DNA from: the human T2T-CHM13v2.0 reference genome, Homo sapiens
Reading direction: 5' to 3' (one strand)
DNA length: 64,000 nucleotides
Assembly (NCBI RefSeq): GCF_009914755.1
Contig: NC_060926.1
This document shows, in pieces, positions 48,176 to 62,766 of the stretch (position 1 is its first letter; each line of letters starts with the position of its first letter). The translations under genes were made by a program, and so were the position numbers. The notes beneath the pieces were generated by a model. It searched no databases. It had not been told where the DNA came from and saw only the letters and a program-made list of their open reading frames with translations.

Positions 48176-50898
48176 CTGAAAGTTACAGAGATTTACTCCT
48201 GCGTTTTCTTCTGGTAGCTTTACAATTGTAGTTCCTATATTTAGGTTTATTTTGAGTTAGCTTTTGTGGATGGTATGAGGTAGGAGTCCAATTTTTTATC
48301 CAGTTGTCTTAGCACCATGTCTTGAAAGACCATCTTTCCCCCAGTGAATTGTCTTGGCATGCATGTCTAAAATCATTTGTTCATAAATATGTTTGGTTAT
48401 TTCTAGACTCTCAGTTTTATTCCATTGACCCATACGCCTGTCCTTATGTCAGTACTACACTATCTTGATTTTAAAATTATTTTACCATTAACGGTGTTGG
48501 ATATTGTCAAATACTTTTTCTGCATCTATTGAGATGATCATTTGGTTTTATACTTTATCATATTAATATGGTGTATTACATCGATTGACTTTGGTATGTT
48601 AAACCAACTTTGGGACTCCTTTCTTGCTTTCAAGCCTTTAGGATTTGCTAAGCCCATGAAAAGTTGAAAAAGCCTGGTTGCTGTCTTCTGCTGCTTTTTG
48701 AGGTTTTGATTTTGAATTAGGCCTAGCCTAAAGGTAAGAATGTGTAAATATCTTGCCAAACTTAATCCTGAGATTTACTCCCAGAAGGAACTGGGATCTG
48801 ACAACTATGTATTCTTTAGGGGCAACAAAATGAATGGTCATCTTGTCCAAGGGATCAGGAGTAGAGGTAGCAGAGCTAGATCTGGTATATAGTGAAAGGT
48901 GTTGGAGCTGGGAAATTATAAATGGTCTGAACATGGTTGGGAGTCACAGGTGTGTAAAGCTGTGCCTTGGGCAGGGGCCAGAGTGGAGGGAAGAATGGGC
49001 AGAATGGAACAGGAGACACTTGATAAAGTCAGAAAAAGAAAATCTGGAACCATATTGTTTTAGAGCTTTTATACCACTCACCTGGGATTGATTGTCTCTG
49101 TTAGGCTTTTAATATATTGTCGCCCCAGTCTCTTCTGTAGGGTGACACTGGACTTGTCTCAATATCTGCTCCCAGCAACTGTGGCTTTATCAGTCTGTGC
49201 ATATTCCCTACATCTGTCTTTGGCTACTGGGTTGGTTTGTGGCTCAGTCAATGACTGGGAAGTTAGAGGCTCCTTCCTCCAAGGCCCCAGACTATTGATG
49301 ATCAGACCCCTCTAGGTCCCAGGAGTTGGTCCTTTTACCTGATGCTCAACATGACTGTGGGTGGATTTAAAATGGCATCCACTTTCTTGGCTTAATTTTG
49401 TCTCAGATTCATCTTGGCCTGGGTCATTTACTTTCTGAAGGATGTACAGCTGGGGGTCTTGCAAAATAATGTGAGTATTTCATGGGTGAGTTGGCAGTCC
49501 AGTGACTGAGACTACCAACTTTGGAAACCAAGAGACAGGAACCCTGCCATTTTCTATTTAACCTCCTCTACATCTCAGTTTCCTTATCTGCAAAATGGAC
49601 ATCCTATGAGTATCTACCTCACAGATTTTATTCAAGATGTACATGGAGTTCAAAAACAGTGCCTGGCCTGTGAGTGTTCAATAGCAGCTGTTGCTATAAC
49701 TAATGATGGTGGTGGTACAAGTGATCTGGCCCCTCACTCTCCCCTGATGATTATCTGACATAAGCCCAGTTTACTTTGGAGAGTAGAGTGAATGGCTTTC
49801 TGGCATGCACATAAAAGTGGGAAAACAAGAAAAGAATGGAAAAATTTGTTGACAAGTTTGTGTGGCTGTGCATAGAAAATAAGCTTGCATTTGCATTTGA
49901 TTTAGTTTCTCCAGTCAAGAAAATGCTAATGAGTATAAATAAATGGTGGTGCTTAATCCTGTAACTTAAGAGGGAAAAGAAGTCATTAACAAGTTTATTA
50001 TTATTATTAATACTTACAGTAATCAGGCTCATTTGTAGAGGCTGATTAAAAGTAAATGTCCACATGAAAAAATACTGGATTTAAATTAATGAAAGCCAGA
50101 GCCCCAAATATTTAAGATAATCATTTGTGGTACCAAAATAAGATTAAAGTGATTAAGTTATTGGCAATATTTAAACAGGAACATGTGTATGTTTTATCTT
50201 TGTCCCTCTAAATAAGAATGGGGAGTAGGGATTTCCAAGTCTGATTCCTCAATAAACACTTTTCAGTTTTGTTACTCAGATATTAGTAGTTTCATTCAAC
50301 AACTTTTGTCCCTTCTCTGATGGTCCCATGGATTTTTACACATTCTAGCAAGACCTTATAGAAATGTTTCAAATGAAGACTCCTTTGAAGTAGCTTATCA
50401 TGAGTCATTCTTTGTTAGCTTATAGTTATACTGAAATTAAGCACTTAATATCAACTTATACAAGACATGGCAGGTCCTGGCAGGTCATGAGGGCTCTTGG
50501 AAGAAGTATATTGTCTAATTTTTTGCCATTCTGCCATTCAGTCACCTGCTAAGACATCAAACCTCTTAGTGATGGCATACCCTGTTTTAAGACATATATA
50601 TTTTCCAAAAAAGGAAATGTTTTCAAGTTAAATCTTACTTTAAATGGTATAGGGTAATTCTTCCCTTAACTTCATTGTCTGGTGAATCTTTTGGAAAGAG
50701 CTGCGAAGGGTTCCTATTTCTTATGCCGTCAGTGTTCCTTTTCCTGCCTCTTCCCTTTCTGCCTGGGAAGGTGCTCAGGTGATTGCAGCATCCTAACATC
50801 CCTCCCTTGACAAAGGGGTTCTCTTTTTTCCTTCCCTCATACTGCCAGACCTCTCAAAAGAGTAGCTTGTTCCTGCTGCTTTCATTCCATCTTACTTC

Positions 50899-50972
50899 AT
50901 AGCAAAGACTTGGAACCAATCCAAATGTCCATCAATGATAGACCGGATTAAGAAAATGTGGCACATATACAC
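50899..50972 (+). mobile_element. Isolated internal L1PA ORF2 fragment of about 70 bp
   Basis: atagcaaagacttggaaccaatccaaatgtccatcaatgatagaccggattaagaaaatgtggcacatatacac matches the L1 at about 9448-9520. Confidence 0.88.
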
Positions 50973-51142
50973 TTCATTTACTCTTTATTCTTTAACTCCT
51001 CACCAAATGTGCTCTTGAAGAGATCAATGAAGTCCTCTGCTCAAGCCACTTCTCCTTGGTCATTTTGTCCTGCTCACTACCCATTTCCTTCTTGAAATAC
51101 TTTGTTCTTTTGGACTGAATACTGCCCTCTCCTGTGATCCTC

Positions 51143-51511
51143 ATGTGAGAGGTGCCCTCCCTATACATGGAGGAAAGAAGCACACTTATCCCTGAAGACA
51201 ACACAGGGATGCTAAGAGAAATCTGATAAAACAAACCTCTCTGTTTCCTCCAGTTTATTACACTTAGCTCATACTCCCTTTGTCTTATTTCATTTCTTCA
51301 CAGCTTTCCACTCTTCATCAAACTTAGTATAAAAACACTCAGTTTTGACCTCTTCTTCAGGTCTTCATTTTCTAATAAAAGCTCCTGTGTCACATAGACC
51401 TATGATAAATAAATTAGTATATTTTTCTTTTGTTAATCTGTCTTTTGTTACAAGGGCTCTGGGCAATGAACCTACAATGGGCAGAAGGAAAAAATCATTT
51501 TCCTCCTCTAC
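51143..51511 (+). mobile_element. ERV1-type LTR (MER34/MER39-like), partial
   Basis: TATA-like agtataaaaa, aataaa, ttttcttttgttaatctgtcttttgtta, terminal ...tcctctaca. Confidence 0.65.
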
Positions 51512-51829
51512 AAAGGAAAAAAGCAGAATATGAGGTTGAAAATGTAGATTGGGCCCAGATCCTCCAGATATGCCCAGATATACCTGTACCACAGTGGAAA
51601 GAGCAGATTAAGCTCCTTCCAGCGTGCCTACATAAAACGGTGCTGATAAAAATCCTACCTCTACTGCTGATACAAACATTAGATGAGGTAATACACACAA
51701 AGCAGCTAGCATAGTGTCTGGCACATGAAAAGTGTTCAATGAACGTTTGTGGTAAACTCTGAATAGAGTGCGTTAAAACGAGGACAGTCACGTGATCACG
51801 ACTATGCCTCCAAAGTACTTAATTGATGG

Positions 51830-52580
51830 CAGTGGAGGCAGGAGGCAGTAAGACTAGATGCTACAGGAGACTGTGGTGAGGGGCCTGGGTAAAGAAAGTA
51901 ATGCAAGAGAGACAATGAGTAAGACTTGGCACTGGGTTGGAAATAAGGACAAAGGAGAAGGGGTCAAAGGTGACAATAAGGTTTCAAGTTTGGTGACTGG
52001 CAAGAAGATAGTATCATTAGCAAACATAGAGAACACGTGACTTCAGTGTTGGTTGTACCAAATCTGAGATTGTCCTGGAAACTTTAAGAAGAGATATCTT
52101 GCATGCAGTTAGAAAATCAATCTAGCGCTTGTGAAAGAATTCTGGACTATAAATAAAGATGTGAAATGAAACCACTCTCTCTTCACACATGTTCTATGTT
52201 CTCCTGCTTTGTGCTTTTGTTGGTTCTGTTTCCCCACTTAGAATGCCCTTCCTTCCTTTCTCTACATATATAAAATCTGGCCATCCTTCTGGGCAATCTA
52301 TTTTAGGAAGCGTTCCTTAACCCTCACTATTTAAAAGCTGTCTCTTTTTCTTCCAAATGGTCATAGGGCTTTATCTCTGCTCTTCTTAGCAGACATAATT
52401 ATCTACTTGCATTAAAAATACCAGGATTCTATGCATATATATTCTCCCCTGCTAGGCTGTAAGCCCATGGAGAACAGAGTTCCATATTTTCCATCTTGAT
52501 ATCATCCTGCAATAGTGGGCACACTGCCTTGCATGTAGTAGGAATTCAGTAACTATTTGTAGTATGAATGAATGAATGAG
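51830..52580. mobile_element. L2 fragments
   Basis: L2-like motifs (ggggtcaaaggtgac...ggtgactgg; tagaatgcccttcc; ctgtaagccc...tgaatgaatgaatga). Confidence 0.55.
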
Positions 52581-52754
52581 GAAATGGCATGAACTAAGTA
52601 GGAGACTGAGTTGTAGGGCAGTCTTCCAAATTTATTAAGTCACCAAAATTTATCTTTGGATATCTAGGTGCTCCTTGCTGGGCCCATTATCCTTTTTCAC
52701 AATGTTTCCTTGCCATTCTTTACTTTAAGCACCTAGGACCCTCCTACTCTCCCC

Positions 52755-52945
52755 ATTTCTACCAACTTTGTGACCCAAGGCAAGTCACATAAACTCTCTC
52801 AGCCTCATCTCCCCAGATGTAAAATAAGCATGATGTCAATATGTCCTGGGTTGGTGTGAGGATTAAACATATGAATCCTACATAAGTAGTTGTGTAACGT
52901 GTCTAGAAAGCACTAAGCATGTAGTCCACATTCAGTGATTGTTGT
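52755..52945. mobile_element. MIR
   Basis: tgtgacc...ggcaagtcac...ctctcagcctca...tgtaaaat...gtgaggattaaa core. Confidence 0.7.
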
Positions 52946-55552
52946 TTATTTCCTCTCAATTTTTTCCCCTAAAAAAGTTGCATTCACAAAAAGGTTTAAA
53001 GACTAATAAAGATGCTTAATGAGTTACCATTCTTTGGAGTATTTGCATTTTAGTTTAGTTAATTAGCTCAATCATTCATTTCTTTATTCCATATTAATGG
53101 GTTTTTTGTGGGCCTCTGTGTATTTCAGAGACTGTGTTAGCTTTAACAATTAAAAATTAAATAGCAAAATATTTGGTGTCAGATGTTACTTAAATTTTAC
53201 CTAGTAGTTTGAATCCAAGCACACAGACCTAGAAGGATATTTGAGTTGTTTTAGTAGTACGTTATACCTCACAGTATTAGGGTATCTTTCCTTTTTGAAA
53301 ATTTCACTATTGATGGAATTCCTAACTTGAGAACTTTATTATCTCTGAAGGCAAGGATAGAAGGAGAAGAAAGTAATGCAAGAGAGACAATGACTAAGAC
53401 GTGGCACTGGGTTGGAAATAAGTGGCAGCACACTAAACACCATAGTCTTTCCAAATGTTGCTGTTTTGTCTTAACAGGGCTCTGTTTTTGTAATGAAACT
53501 ATTTGACGGAGGTACATTTGGCATACTTCTCTAAGGATCCTGGACCTCATGATAAAATGATTCTGAATATCCTGTGCTGAGAGGCACTGTGAGCAGCCAG
53601 TGATTTCCTTGGTACTGCTTTAGCCATAACAGAGATAGGCCTATATGCAGAGCTAGGGGAATTCAGGAGACAAGACATCGAAGGACTGGGGTTGCAGGAG
53701 GGTGTTGGTGATTAGAGCAGGGACGCAGCCCTTTTGGATTCCTTAGCACTTTTTATACATCCAAAGGGCTAAAACATTCTCCCAATGTCTTTATAAAAAA
53801 TTATGGCATAATTTCTACTCACATTACAGGTGGGGAACTGAGAAGCATAGAGAGATTCAAGGCATGTTTTATCTGACTCCACCGTACCTGTTCCTTTTTA
53901 TCTTCAGTCCCTTAGTATCACCGACTGTAGCCATCACACCACCTTTTTTGTTATTCCCTAATTGTACCATGTTTCTCTCCCAGCTTTCCTGTAGAAGAGG
54001 GAGGTATACTGATCCCAATTTACAGATGAGAAGACTGCAGCTCAGAGAGCTTAAGCAACTTGGACTAGCTCACCTGGTTTGTCATGGCAAGTCTGGGACA
54101 GAATTTCGGCCTACTGACTGCTAATCCATTTCACTTAACCTCCCTCCTTTCAGACCTTAGGAAAGCAGAGGTCCTAGGAGGACCCCTCAGTGCATATTGA
54201 ATCTCTGCACCAACGACAGCAGACACAGCAGATGGAAGAAGGAAGGATGCACTACCTATAAGGCTCTACTTATTCCTTGCCCAAGGATTCTCCTCTTGGC
54301 AACTTAACCACTTTCTAGAGTCAGCATTTAGTGATGGTTGTAAAAACACAAGCAATTTAGCACACAACACTCTGAACTGTAAACTTGGTAAATAGGATCG
54401 GGGGAAGATTTAAGTGGAAAGGACAAGTGCTATAAAGACTTAACAGGAATTCGTTAGGCTTCACAGATAAAGCAGATAAAAGATCCATAACCACAGGCAG
54501 GAAGTGAAACGAAAATCCTAAATCGTTAAGATGCAATGAGGTCCCGCCACAATTCATTAATCAGATCATCCTCAGGGGCACTGGCTCAAGAATTCAAAGG
54601 AACCCAGAGCAGGAAGGCTTCGATGGCCGCCATTTTAGATGAGAGCAAGGTCTTCCTGGCAGGCGTGGATGTGTCGTCATCTCAATACTACCATTTCTCC
54701 TTTGACCAATTCTTTCTGTTTCTATATGGCAGTATTATTTGCTGTCTTGCTGTCATTTATACTTTGCTCCTTTTCTTTCTCCTCTCTGCTTCTCCACTTT
54801 CCTCTCTTAAAAAAAATCCTGTTCTTTTTCTTCTCCACCTTACTCTGCGTTTACCATCTCTCTCTCACCTTCTCTCCACATATTTCAATTTCCCACCCTC
54901 GTCAGACTCTCCTTGGACCTGCTTTCCTCTCTTCTTCACCCTCATTTCCTACTGCCTCGCATATTCTCCCTGTAGGATGCAGCACTTTCTCCGGCCTGCT
55001 GTGTGCAAGCTGTGTGTGGGGGCGAATTCACTCAACACTCTTCTTTGTCTTTCTCACATTTCTTTTAGCATTTTTGTATGACTGAGAGAAGCAGAGGGGT
55101 AGAGCATAAAATAACCAGTTAATTTGGTCCTAAATTGTTTTCTTTTATCATTAAATTAGATGTCCTCAGATTTCTTTGTAAAATCCAAACATAAGTAGGC
55201 TGAAAACTGTATCACTGTTCCTTTGGAAATTTAAAGGGATGCAGTTGAAGAGAATATTAACTATTATGAAATGTATTTTTCTCCTCACAGATTTTCTGGA
55301 AAAAAAATACTGGTATGACTTTTCACTCTCCTATTCTCTGTCCTTCTCCTAGAAGGGATGTAAAATATTTTCAAGAATTGAGCAATACTTTATTGCAATT
55401 TTTGTACAGTTTTCAAAGTAATTGCCTGTAAGTGGAAAGGAAGAACTAAAGAACTTAGGAGCAATGCAGTGCCACTTTTAATAAATCAGAAGGGAGGGAG
55501 AGTGGGTATTGTTAAGTGACAGAAGGGAAACTGCTCAGAGAACAAACTGTCT

Positions 55553-55553
55553 A

Positions 55554-55586
<33 letters not shown>
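55553..55586. repeat. Compound (CT)n(GT)n microsatellite
   Basis: Read directly. Confidence 0.9.
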
Positions 55587-55587
<1 letters not shown>

Positions 55588-57799
55588 GTTATTGTTGTTT
55601 CTGCAGCATCTTGAAGATCCATTCTAGTCTCATGAGTTTTCTACAATTGCTGGCAAGATTGTAGTAGGACGAATATCTGTGCTCCCTTTCATAGTAAAGT
55701 TCTGGATGAACCCAGCACACGTTTGGCTGCAGTAAAAAAGCAATTTTTCATACACCAGGGGGCTGCAATTTGAGTATTGTAATGATTAGTGATTTCCTTC
55801 AGTTGCAGTTGACCCCCTGCTCATTTTTATATAGTAAATGTAAAAAGGAAAGGGAAAAACTTGACAGTGCTGGTTGATTGAAATTCCAAGAGGAACTTTC
55901 ATGCAGATAAAACATTGAGAAAAGCCAGGGTGCTGGGAACTTCAGAATGAAAAAAGTGAGAAATAGAGAAAGAAAAAAATATCGTTGAAAGTTCCCTGAA
56001 GTCTTTCTGATTGCAAATAAAGTGTATGTACGCTTTAGGCTGTTTGATGTGCTATCTCCATATTTAATGGCTTTTCATCTTCTCTCTAGTATCATGTTCT
56101 CTCTTTTCTTACTTCCTTTCCCTTTTATTTTCCCCACCTGCCTATCTTTCTCCTTCTCCTTTCTTTTCTTTTCCTCTTTCCTTTTTCTCCAGAAAAAAGG
56201 CTATAAAATGTCTCTCGAAGAGGCAGACTCTATAATGGTGCCTGGTTGTCATGGAAACACACAGATTGCAAGACCTTGAGTCCTGCCACCATGATCTAGG
56301 ATCAGACCCTCATTGGGTCAGAGGCTAAGGCTGTCCCTAGAATTTCTGGATAAGGGAAACCAGGAAATATAATGTCATTTGAAATATAAGTCGGTGCCCA
56401 CAGATAAAAGCTAGGAAAAGTGGCATCTAAATAGTTGTTTCTTTGTTTCGCACTCTTCATAATTACATTTGCTGTTAAGAATATAGATGAATGTGGCTGT
56501 CAGTGTGACTGAAAAATAAGCATAATTGCAGTATTTTCTTATTCTTTATTTGTAAAATGATATGGTTTATGTCTTTGAGGAAGGGTCGCAGTTTGAAGAT
56601 ATTTTGCCAACTCTCTCATATCAAACCTGGTGCAAAGAATTGCTTTTTCAATAGAATAAGAATGTTTGGTGATTTTATATATGCCATCATCATCTTTCTT
56701 CTCCTAAATCAGTAACATCACACTTTGCAAAGTATATCAGATTTTATCGAGATTGTTTCATATAAGCCCAGTATTTCAAGCTAGGTAATATGGTGTCACC
56801 TCTGTCTCAGACCAGGTCTCTAGAACACTCAGTTTTCCTTTCTCTTCACAGCTCCATATGGCACCAAAGGTCATATCACTCTTAAAGATTAGGTACTGTT
56901 ATGGATAGAGGCGAAGGCAATGGGCTAATTAGGTGAGGACTGAGCAAGATTCACTAAGACCTGTGACCTCTTTTTAGTTTGGAAAAAATCTCATTTCTCT
57001 TTTGATTTATCTCAGAGACACTCCTCTTTTCTTGTTTCACCTCCTCAGCCCCCATACTGATTCTGCTGTTATTCATTTGCAATGGACTCTGATGACCCCA
57101 GAAGCCAAAAGCTCAAAACCGTTCAAAAGCCATCCTTTTCCTATGATGGCCAGAGAGTTTGCTCCTTAAATCATCCTAGAAAATAAGGGAAGTAGTTATA
57201 GTCCACTCTTTAGAAAAACAATAACAATGAATGCAGTTAAGTTTCCTCTTAAAACAGATGACCAATATTTTGACCATACAATCTATAAAAAATACTCTTT
57301 CCTCCAACTAGTTCAGCAAGCAGATTGAGTGATAAACGCATAAATGGTAAGAGATTGGTGAATGCTCCTGTCAGGTGACATATTTTACTCCATAGGATTT
57401 TGTGAGGCATGTCTGATTTTGCAGAGCTCTCAGGAGTGGAAGGCAGTCATTGCTCCAGTCTGTGACAGCTCACCAGGGGCTTACTCAAACAATCTTTAGC
57501 ACAAGCCAGTGCAGGCAAGCCTCAATTGCCCAGATACTCCTTTAGCAGATGCTTCTCTCTACCAGTTATCCCCCTATCAGCTGTGTCAAACCTCAGCTTT
57601 ATACTGGTTCTTTTCACTTAGCGCATAAAAAACTCAAGACGTCTCTATTCTTAAAAAAAGAAGAAAAGAAAAAAAGAAAGAGGGAAAAGCAAACAAAGTC
57701 CAGTCCTTAACATCATGCCTCTCTTATTAACCACTTACTACCTTTCTTTCCCTTAGTAGCCAAAGTTTTTTGTTTGTTTGTTTTTTCCTGCAGCACTTG

Positions 57800-58680
<881 letters not shown>

Positions 58681-58950
58681 CATTTTACTTTTGTTTTGCT
58701 TTTCAAAGTAATCAAATTTCATAGTTTGAAAGTCAAAAAGTTATAGACAGCTTATAACAAAGAACAGCAGTCACCTGTCCTGCCTCTCTTCACCCAGACC
58801 GCTTCTTCAAAGTCACCCACTTTAAACTCTTCAGCTGTTTGTTCTGTTTACCATATTTACAAATTTCATATGGATTTGCTGATTTTCCTACATTGGCCAT
58901 TATACTCACTTCCCATTATAGAAGATAAAGGCTTACTTCTTACATATCAT

Positions 58951-59470
58951 TATGGTGGAGTCTTTGAAAAAGTGGCTACAACAAATTCTCCCATCCCTGT
59001 GTGCATACCGCTTTCCAAAGTGCCTTTGTAGCTCCTCCTGTCAAGAGGTAGGATCTGTTTTTCTACCCATACAATCTAGACTGGCCATATGATTTCCTTT
59101 GACCAAGAGAATGTTCTGGCAATGACCCTGTGGGACCTCTAAACCTAGACTTGAAGAACCATTTCACCTCTGCTCTTGGAACACTCCTCTGAGGCTGTCA
59201 TGTAAACAAACCCGATCTGACTGAAGGGTGATAAGATACTTGAAACACAGACAAGGCATCCTAGCTGAGGCTCTTAGGCCTACCAGTAGACAGCCAGCAC
59301 CAGTCCCAAAACATGAGTGTGAGGTCATCTGGAGTCCCCCAGATAACAGCCATGGGAGCGAAGAACTGTCTGAGCCCAGTCCAAATTGCTAAGCTACAGA
59401 TTCATAAGCAGACTTCAGTTGTTTTAACTAAGTTTTGGGATGATTTATTACCCAGAAATAGATTTCTGAT
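58951..59470 (+). mobile_element. MaLR LTR (MLT1F/G/H-like)
   Basis: gctcctcctgtcaagagg...ctttgaccaa...gagcccagtccaaattgc...ctaagttttgggatg. Confidence 0.7.
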
Positions 59471-59599
59471 GTTATTCATTGCTCATGCATATTTCATCAC
59501 CTTGTATCTTCCTAATATAATTTTATAATGCATTTGATCACATCTATATTCATTATTTTCATAATTAATAATTGTCAACATAACATTGCTCAATGCTGA

Positions 59600-60540
59600 G
59601 CCCAGAGCTATGTTATGAATGACTCAACTTTTGGTTCTTTTTGTTTTGTTATTAAATTTACTTACCTTTCTTCCAGTCTGTTGCTAAGTCTTCCTATATC
59701 CTTCAGTAACTATAAAATTATTCTCAATCCAATCTTCCACACTATAAGCCTATCAGAAAATCTATCACTTTTATTTTCTTCTGGAAACCTGTCTCTCAGA
59801 GCCTTTTTCTTTTCTGCTTTAATCTGGACTGGCTGCTCTATAAAATGGCTGCCCAGCTGTAGTCATGGGATTTGCTTTCTTATTATAGTGGGAATTCTAT
59901 TGACCTCCTTTATCCTGTGCCCACTGTTGTGTGGCTCCCATATGTTCCTCTTTCTTTTTGGCAGTAATTATTTTGTTTTGTAGGAACTTATCCTCTAGAA
60001 GTTTCCTGAGAAAGAATGCATAAGAAGTATATTTTTTGAGACCTTGCATGTAAGGAAATAACTCTATTTTCACTCTTGATTCACTGTTTGGCTGGGTATA
60101 GAATTGTAAGTTAGGCATTTTTTTCTCAGATTACTTTGAAGACATACCTCACTGTCTTCTAATTTTCAGTGTTGCTGTTGAGAAGTCTGATGCCATTCTT
60201 ATTTCTAGTTCTTTGTATGTTATTTGTTTTTTCTTCTTAGAATCTTTACTTTATACTCAGGATTCTTAAAATTCATAGTCATGTCATGCTGTGAATTTCT
60301 TTTTCATCATTATGTTGGGCCTTTGGACTTCTTAATCTGGAAATTTGTTTCCTTCAAAAATACTCTTATATCTTTTTCTTTGACAATTCCCTCAACCATC
60401 CTGTATTTTCTCTACTTATTAAGAATTCCTCGTTTTGGATGTTTGACTGCTTAGATCTCCTAGTTTTTATTGATATGTCTTTTTGATATACCTCCTATGA
60501 GATATCCTCAACTTTGTCTTTTAATTCTTTCTTTTTCTTT
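59600..60540 (-). mobile_element. Ancient L1ME/HAL1-like fragment (ORF1 C-terminal region)
   Basis: Minus-strand remnant MQGLKKYTSYAFFLRKLLED resembles an old L1 ORF1 C-terminus. Confidence 0.55.
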
Positions 60541-62682
60541 TATTTGAATGCTAGACCCACGTATTCAACTGTTTGCACACCTGCACGAGGTTGTTTTTCC
60601 AGACTTTCCTAATTCAACCTGTCCAGGACTAAATTCATATTTGGCGAAAGTCCTTGTTGTCTGTTATCTGGCTGAATGGAACTACCATCTTTCAAGGAAA
60701 CCCAGCTATCATTGACACCATTCATACTCATAGCCTAATTGAAGTCCTGTTTATTCTGCTTCTTTAATGGTTCTTTAATATTAATTGCTCTTTAACACCC
60801 CTAGCTCTGCCCTAGCTCAGGCCATTGCTGTATCATTCCTGCATTATGACAATGCCCTCTCCACTTATATCTCTGATTCCTGGGTGACTCCAATCTAATA
60901 AATTTTTATATTGCAACCAAACCTTGAGATTAAATTCAAGCATCATTTTCCCCACTCTTCACTATGCAGGCTCCTGTTCTACATTTTTTCTTACCTCTAT
61001 TACACTTTTCTTTTGTTTTTTTAATCTTGAGCATTGTCGTTGTCTATTCCCTTGCTTAGCTTCTACCCTAGACCCTGAATGACTTTAGGGCAGGATAATG
61101 GTTGTTAGCAAGTTCACAATAAATATTTATTGCAAAAATCTCTACCCCCTGAGGTAGAGCATTTGATTTTTGGATTACTCTTTCTGTTAGAATATTTTCC
61201 CTCATAATGAGATGGAATTTATTGTCTTAGAATTTCTTCTAATTCATTATAATTGTATTCTGTGACTATAAGCCCCAGATTTTCTAGAACATAATATCTG
61301 ATTTCAAATACTTACTATTTTATAAGCTATCACAGGGTCATGCTGGAACTTCCAGCTCTCCGTATTCAAACCATATATCCTAGGTTAAGTCTTACACTCA
61401 GAAGTGGCACAAAAACTATTTGTGTCTTGATTTTTGGTTTGGAAAGTTGGGGAACTGCACAGTAGAGAACCAATCTAATCCCGCCTGTTTAGCACAGATA
61501 CTGAAGTCAACAATTATGTTCCTTTTTCCCTAGATTGATTTTTTTTTTCCAGGTGAAAGCTCATAGATTGCTCTTGACTTACCTCTGGATCTCTGTGCTC
61601 CTATTTAAAGTGTGTGGTGAGCCCAGGTGATGCTACCTGTGCAGAACAGATCAGACAATCTCCTCCCTGCCTCTGGACACTGACCTGCTTTTAACACAGC
61701 CCAAGTTTGCTTTTGCTCTCTAGGTACAACCGTATTATATTTATGACTTTTAGGTTTTTCTTTTTTAATCTATGATATCAGGACATATTTTCTACATTGT
61801 ACACTTGAGCATTGAGTTTATTCCTGTTAAAATGCATCTGGTTGGGCTTGAACCATCATGTAATGTCACATTTTACACTGGATCCCAATTCTACTACCCA
61901 GTGTATTATCCTGCCTTCTCAGACTTGTGACAATAAAATAATGTTAGTTTGAGTTATTGGCCTGTGCCCAGTGTGGCTGGAACTTCGAAGGACATTTGTT
62001 AAAATAGAATTCTCCCTCTAAGTTGTTTTCCTCTGATGCTGTTTGGCTTGTGAATACCTGTTTATGTGCTTGAATTTCACCCAGTATTATATTTCACAGT
62101 AGGAACTTGGGGTGAGAAAAGTATCTTTTGAGCTAACACATAATTAAGGAATATAGTTCTCTAAGAAATAATTTTCCTCCATAATAGAATGGATGCTGTA
62201 GTCCTATTCAAATACCTATTCCAATATTTGTTCATAGTTCTTCTGTCATGTAAGCATTTGCAGGTCCATTTTAGTAATAAGACAACTAGTTATAAATCCT
62301 CTATCTCTAATCTGAATATTTCTAAAAAACTATAGACTTCAAAGTTCTCAGGGGCAGGGGCACGGATGCTTTTTACTTCTCTATCAGGTTATCCCTTACC
62401 TGCCCTACCCCCGCCCCCCGAAAAAAAAACTTCCCTAGATAAGTAAACATTTTTCTCTCTCCTACGTCTATACCTTCTCATATGCTAGCTTTTCTTTCTG
62501 GAATGTCTCTCCCTTCCCCATTTGCTGTGGGCTAAAGTTCCTATTCTTTCTCAAGGCCTAACTTAACTTTCACATCCTTTGAGAAGGCTTTCTTCATATT
62601 TAGTCAAGCCTCAATTTTTCTTCACCTTGAATTCTTAAGATATTCATTATGTTAACTATTTTTTCTTGAAACTGACTTGAAT

Positions 62683-62766
62683 GGCTGGGCACTGTGGCTC
62701 CACCTCTAATCGCAGCATTTTGGGAGGCTGAGGCAAGAGGATTGCCTGGTTCCAAGAGTTTGAGAT
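62683..62766 (+). mobile_element. 3'-truncated, tailless Alu/FLAM left-arm fragment
   Basis: ggctgggcactgtggctc...gagtttgaga flanked by ACTGACTT(G/A)AATG repeats. Confidence 0.8.

Larger units (their letters stand above)
46350..48620 (-). mobile_element. L1MB-like fragment interrupted by three Alu insertions
   Basis: Continuous old L1 3' ORF2/3'UTR sequence resumes after each Alu. Confidence 0.8.

Noticed and set aside
54536-55085. 181-aa and 148-aa hydrophobic ORFs
   Set aside because: They arise from a stop-poor C/T-rich tract; no recognisable domain or splice structure.
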